From the IMG/VR virus record IMGVR_UViG_3300037784_000007, positions 1-29,281 of that record: 29,281 nt of DNA, one strand, 5' to 3'. Each line of letters begins with the position of its first letter. The stretch's first letter is position 1. The translations under genes and the position numbers were made by a program. This DNA comes from a virus. Taxonomy: Duplodnaviria; Caudoviricetes. The notes beneath the pieces were generated by a model. That model was not told where the DNA came from, ran no database searches, and saw only the letters and a list, made by a program, of their open reading frames with translations. Shown piece by piece: positions 25,621 through 29,281 of this stretch.

Positions 25621-27440
25621 TGTCAAGTATTAACTTAAGGCCGTATCAGCAGGTTTGCGTAGATAAAGCTATTCAATGGGCTAAGACCTCTATTGAACCC
25701 GCTGTAATCGATGCGGCGCCTGCGGCTGGGAAAAGTTTTCTTATAGCATCTATTTCTGACGCGCTCACTAACCTGAGCGGCGGTAAGAAGGTGCTTAACC
25801 TTGCTCCATCCAAAGAACTTGTAGTGCAGAACCATGAAAAAATGTTGATGACAGGCCACCCTGCATCAATCTTTTCCTCATCGGCAGGTGTGAAGTCCAC
25901 GCGCCACAACATTGTTTTTGGCACGCCCGGAACGGTGAAAAATTCAATCAGCCGCTTTTTGACTGGGTATTGTGCTGTAAATATTGATGAAGCTCACGGT
26001 ATCACGCCTTCTATCAAACTCATCATTGAGGCTATGCGGGAAGGTAATCCTAACCTGCGGGTGTTTGGGTGGTCAGGCACACCGTTTCGATTGGGGTCAG
26101 GTTACATCTACCGCGTTGATCCTAACGGGCGTGTCATGCCAGAACAGCAAGCAAAAGATCCGTATTTCGCAAAATGCTTGCATCGGGTGTCGGCGCAGGA
26201 AATGCTGGATCAGGGCTTTCTATGCCCTATGGATGTGGGCGCTCCATTGGCTGACGGATACGACACAAGCGCGCTGCGGCTTAACACAATGGGTAAGTTT
26301 GACTCAAAAGACGAACACGCGGTCTATGTGGGGCAGGGTCGCAAGACATCAGCTATTGTCTATGATGTGGTGCAGCAAGCTAAAAACAGATATGGCGGAT
26401 GCATGTTGTTCGCCGCGACCTTGGATCATGCAAAGGAGATCATGGCATCTTTGCCGCCGGGTAATTCTGGTTGTGTACTGGGTAATGACGCTTGGGCGAA
26501 GGATGGAAAAGTTAAAGGACGTGGGAACGTCATTAAGGCTTACAGAAATCAAAAATTCAAGTATTTGGTTTCGGTTGGCACGTTAACAACAGGGTTCGAC
26601 GTAGCTCACACTAGCGTAATTGCGACGTTGCGACGCAGCGAAAGCGCTAGCCTGATCCAGCAAATCCTTGGCCGAGCGTGGCGACTTGACCCGATGAAGC
26701 CAAGGTCGCTGTGGCTTGATTATACAGGTCAGGTTGATGACATGTTTCCAGACGGTGATATTTATTCGCCTGAAATTAGGGCCACACCACAAAAAGAAGA
26801 GGCAACTTATCTTAACGTTACATGCCCAACATGCGGCGGAGTTAATGAGTTTTCTGCGCGCAAGAACGATGAGGGATACAGCGTCACAGAAGACGGGTAC
26901 TTCGCCGATCTAACAGGTCAGAAGATCGAATGTGAACATGGCCCTATCCCGTCCCACTACGGTCGTAGGTGCTTGAATATGGTTCCGGTTGGCGGCGGCA
27001 AGCTGGATCAATGTCAGCAGCGGTGGACGAGTAAGGAGTGCGCCGGGTGTGGTGCTGCAAATGACATTGCAGCAAGGAGATGCTGCGCCTGCGGTTGCGA
27101 GCTAATTGACCCGAACGAAAAACTAAGAATTGAATTTCGCGCGCTGAAACGCTCCCCACACAATCGTCAGTGTGATGAGGTTGTGGCGTTTGAGGCAAGA
27201 GAGACGGTGAGCGGCAATGGCAATGAAGTAGTGCGGCTGGACTTCAAAACACCCTACCGTAGCTTTAGCTGGTGGGTTCAAAAATCGCCAAAGAGCCAAT
27301 TTGCTATGCGGCAGTTGGAGCTATACCAATCATTGAATGGTGAACCACCAAAAACTGTAGAGTACCAGAAGAGCCAGAAGACGGGGTTCTATACTGTGTA
27401 TTCGTTTGGAAAACCAGAAGATGAGGAACCTACACTATGA
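25620..27440 (+). CDS. SF2 DNA helicase (YejH/RadD-like) with Zn fingers
   Basis: LRPYQ, APAAGKS, DEAH, SGTP, LTTGFD, QILGRAWR, CPTC/CAGC. Confidence 0.92.
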   Translation: MSSINLRPYQQVCVDKAIQWAKTSIEPAVIDAAPAAGKSFLIASISDALTNLSGGKKVLNLAPSKELVVQNHEKMLMTGHPASIFSSSAGVKSTRHNIVFGTPGTVKNSISRFLTGYCAVNIDEAHGITPSIKLIIEAMREGNPNLRVFGWSGTPFRLGSGYIYRVDPNGRVMPEQQAKDPYFAKCLHRVSAQEMLDQGFLCPMDVGAPLADGYDTSALRLNTMGKFDSKDEHAVYVGQGRKTSAIVYDVVQQAKNRYGGCMLFAATLDHAKEIMASLPPGNSGCVLGNDAWAKDGKVKGRGNVIKAYRNQKFKYLVSVGTLTTGFDVAHTSVIATLRRSESASLIQQILGRAWRLDPMKPRSLWLDYTGQVDDMFPDGDIYSPEIRATPQKEEATYLNVTCPTCGGVNEFSARKNDEGYSVTEDGYFADLTGQKIECEHGPIPSHYGRRCLNMVPVGGGKLDQCQQRWTSKECAGCGAANDIAARRCCACGCELIDPNEKLRIEFRALKRSPHNRQCDEVVAFEARETVSGNGNEVVRLDFKTPYRSFSWWVQKSPKSQFAMRQLELYQSLNGEPPKTVEYQKSQKTGFYTVYSFGKPEDEEPTL

Positions 27441-27829
27441 AATTCCCTAATTGGTTGCGTGTATACGGCGATACCACATATCGCGGCGCGTGCCCTACAG
27501 AGACAGCAGAGCAATCCACGTTTTTTAATCAACTGCCGCCAGATCTAAAGCGGATTGCACTGCACATTAGGAACGAGGGCAAGCGAAGCCATGCGCAACA
27601 CGCTAAAATGAAGGCAGAGGGCGGTTTTGTGTCAGGTGCGTCGGACGTGATTATTCCGGGGCGTGTGACGTTTGTGTGCGAGATGAAACGCTTGGACCAC
27701 ACAAAGTCTAAGTGGCAACCGGGGCAGATTGACTACCTTGAGGCGTGTCAAGATGCGGGGTGTTTCGTAGCGGTCGCGCTAGGCTGGGAGGCGGCTATGG
27801 GGGCTGTTAGAGAATGGCAGGCCCAATAG
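27437..27829 (+). CDS. VRR-NUC nuclease
   Basis: HIRNEGKR, GASDVII, CEMKR, Q..YL. Confidence 0.85.
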   Translation: MKFPNWLRVYGDTTYRGACPTETAEQSTFFNQLPPDLKRIALHIRNEGKRSHAQHAKMKAEGGFVSGASDVIIPGRVTFVCEMKRLDHTKSKWQPGQIDYLEACQDAGCFVAVALGWEAAMGAVREWQAQ

Positions 27830-27978
27830 TAGCGTTCTTTGGCAGGTGCACGCCGCAGAGCCTTGAAGAGTGTAAAGAATGGGTTCGCGGCAACGGCTGG
27901 ACCAATGAAGATGTGCGCATCAAGAAAACAGACCAAGAGGACGGGTATATTGTCATTGCAAAGCGTAGGTTGTGGTGA
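27814..27978 (+). CDS. Hypothetical protein, 54 aa (MAGPIVAFFG...AKRRLW)
   Basis: Overlaps the VRR-NUC stop and fills the gap. Confidence 0.55.
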   Translation: MAGPIVAFFGRCTPQSLEECKEWVRGNGWTNEDVRIKKTDQEDGYIVIAKRRLW

Positions 27979-27984
27979 TATGTA
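27956..27984 (+). promoter_or_regulatory. Sigma70-like promoter
   Basis: TTGCAA, 17 nt, TATGTA. Confidence 0.55.
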
Positions 27985-28013
27985 TTGTGAGTACAAGACA
28001 AAGGAGGCAACAC

Positions 28014-28235
28014 ATGCGCGTAAAGCAAACACTAGATCTAAACATGAACGCAACACTGACTGCGACCATGCTGCACGATCCGTCTACTGGCCCTGATGAG
28101 GTTGTTGACGTAGACATTCAAGAGGTTGAGATGTTTGGAGAGACATGGACCGAGGCGGAGATGAAGACGCATTTTGGCGAGCTGTACAAGTTCATTCTGG
28201 ACGCAGCGGATAGCAATGATTGGGAGGGGGTGTAG
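28014..28235 (+). CDS. Hypothetical protein, 73 aa
   Basis: AAGGAGG SD; start revised. Confidence 0.75.
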   Translation: MRVKQTLDLNMNATLTATMLHDPSTGPDEVVDVDIQEVEMFGETWTEAEMKTHFGELYKFILDAADSNDWEGV

Positions 28236-28237
28236 GA

Positions 28238-28438
28238 ATGCAACACAACATTCAAGCGATGGTGATTGAGCCGCACAGTGGACAAATCACGGTGACGCTG
28301 TACATAGACCAAGACAACGCGGTTGAGTTTTCGGGCGATGCAAGCTTGATTAAACCGATCACCGATGCAATTATGCTTGGCATGTGCATTGGCGAGATTA
28401 ACGGAAGCAACTTTGAAACGGAAGGAGTGATGCAATGA
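28238..28438 (+). CDS. Hypothetical protein, 66 aa
   Basis: Starts 2 nt after the previous stop; ATGA overlap with the next gene. Confidence 0.7.
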   Translation: MQHNIQAMVIEPHSGQITVTLYIDQDNAVEFSGDASLIKPITDAIMLGMCIGEINGSNFETEGVMQ

Positions 28439-28833
28439 GCAGTGAGTGGGGGCCGTGGATTGCCCATAAAGGAACAAAAATGCCGTCTGACTTGAATGGC
28501 GACGAAGAGGTGCAGACTTGGCGAGTAGATTACAGCACTTGTTACTTGCCAGAGGGGAAGGGGGTGTATCATGAAGAAGAGCATGGTTTTAGTCATACAC
28601 CAGATGACATTCCTTGGCACAACCCAGAATACAACAAACAAATTGTAGCCTACCGCGTCCGTCAGAAAACCCTAACCGGAGAGACGTACTTGACCGCGCT
28701 GGAGACAGATTCCCCGCTGATGACCAACACGCCTATCAAGGGCATGAGTTGCTGTATCAAGGGCGTGTACACGGTTGAGTTCAAGGACAACAAGCCGGTG
28801 CGTATGACGTGGGAGGCAAGAGATGCGAATTGA
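28435..28833 (+). CDS. Hypothetical phage protein (WGPWI.H.G...IVAYRV family)
   Basis: 132 aa; AAGGAG SD. Confidence 0.75.
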   Translation: MSSEWGPWIAHKGTKMPSDLNGDEEVQTWRVDYSTCYLPEGKGVYHEEEHGFSHTPDDIPWHNPEYNKQIVAYRVRQKTLTGETYLTALETDSPLMTNTPIKGMSCCIKGVYTVEFKDNKPVRMTWEARDAN

Positions 28834-29089
28834 TATTGAAACTAATGATGACATTCACGATTGCGAAACATGCGGGTTTGACTACGCGGAGGGCGGGGTT
28901 GTTAAGGTTAACGGTGTGGAGGTGTTGCGACGTGATGCGGTTGCTCATTGCTATGCGGGAACAAGCTATAATGAGGATGAGTTGCTTGTAATGGCTCTTA
29001 AGAAACTTGGACATGATGTGTTTGTCAATGGAGACCGATATCACGTTTGTTGTGTGGATGATGAGTACCACGAGGAGACATCCGAATGA
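28823..29089 (+). CDS. Hypothetical protein with CxxC motif
   Basis: HDCETCG..YAEGG; GGAGG SD. Confidence 0.75.
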   Translation: MRIDIETNDDIHDCETCGFDYAEGGVVKVNGVEVLRRDAVAHCYAGTSYNEDELLVMALKKLGHDVFVNGDRYHVCCVDDEYHEETSE

Positions 29090-29281
29090 TCAGCCGCGAA
29101 GACATGAAAGCCCTTGCGCCACCCACTATGGAACTGGACACCACACGGAAGGACTGGCGCGACCACTTGGATAAGATCGTTCGCCTTGGCGACGTAGGCA
29201 CACGTATCGTGTACTGGGTAGGCCAAACAGACGTCGAACCACGTGGTGTGCGCAAGGAGGTGTTTGACGTCATGCGGGCCT
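29086..29281 (+). CDS. Hypothetical protein (partial, MISREDMKALAPP...)
   Basis: AGGAG SD, ATGA overlap, open to window edge. Confidence 0.65.
   Translation, partial: MISREDMKALAPPTMELDTTRKDWRDHLDKIVRLGDVGTRIVYWVGQTDVEPRGVRKEVFDVMRA

Noticed and set aside
1-29281. CRISPR array, DGR/retron, integrase
   Set aside because: No regularly spaced repeats, reverse transcriptase or recombinase motifs seen by eye; the only long duplication noticed is the capsid end

Overview
A 29.3-kb fragment of a tailed dsDNA phage, probably a siphovirus of an alphaproteobacterial (Rhodobacteraceae-like) host; the host is inferred from protein families and promoter style. No integrase, tRNA or CRISPR is visible. 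Minus strand 17.3 kb->1: morphogenesis genes (terS, HNH, PBSX-type terL, DUF1073 portal, DUF2213 protease/scaffold, head decoration, lambda-E-like major capsid, HNH, putative head-fibre genes, head-tail adaptor/closure) and a >652-aa spike/fibre with a GH43-like beta-propeller that the ORF track misses. Centre: accessory genes, a probable origin and a PrimPol-helicase. Plus strand 21.9-29.3 kb: Sak4-like ATPase, SSB, HNH, YqaJ exonuclease, GIY-YIG/NUMOD1, SF2 helicase, VRR-NUC and small genes. Most unusual: (1) the structural module is broken four times by opposite-strand cassettes of small genes, each sharing an interlocked divergent promoter pair with the next structural gene, and three of those structural mRNAs look leaderless; (2) a promoter-to-terminator mini-transcript carries a near-complement of the 16S rRNA 3' end without a real ORF; (3) an HNH gene inserted in the capsid 3' end supplies a synonymously recoded C-terminus; (4) the endonuclease genes have structured, RBS-occluding leaders, one of them C4-like. 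All calls come from manual reading and motif recognition; no searches were run.
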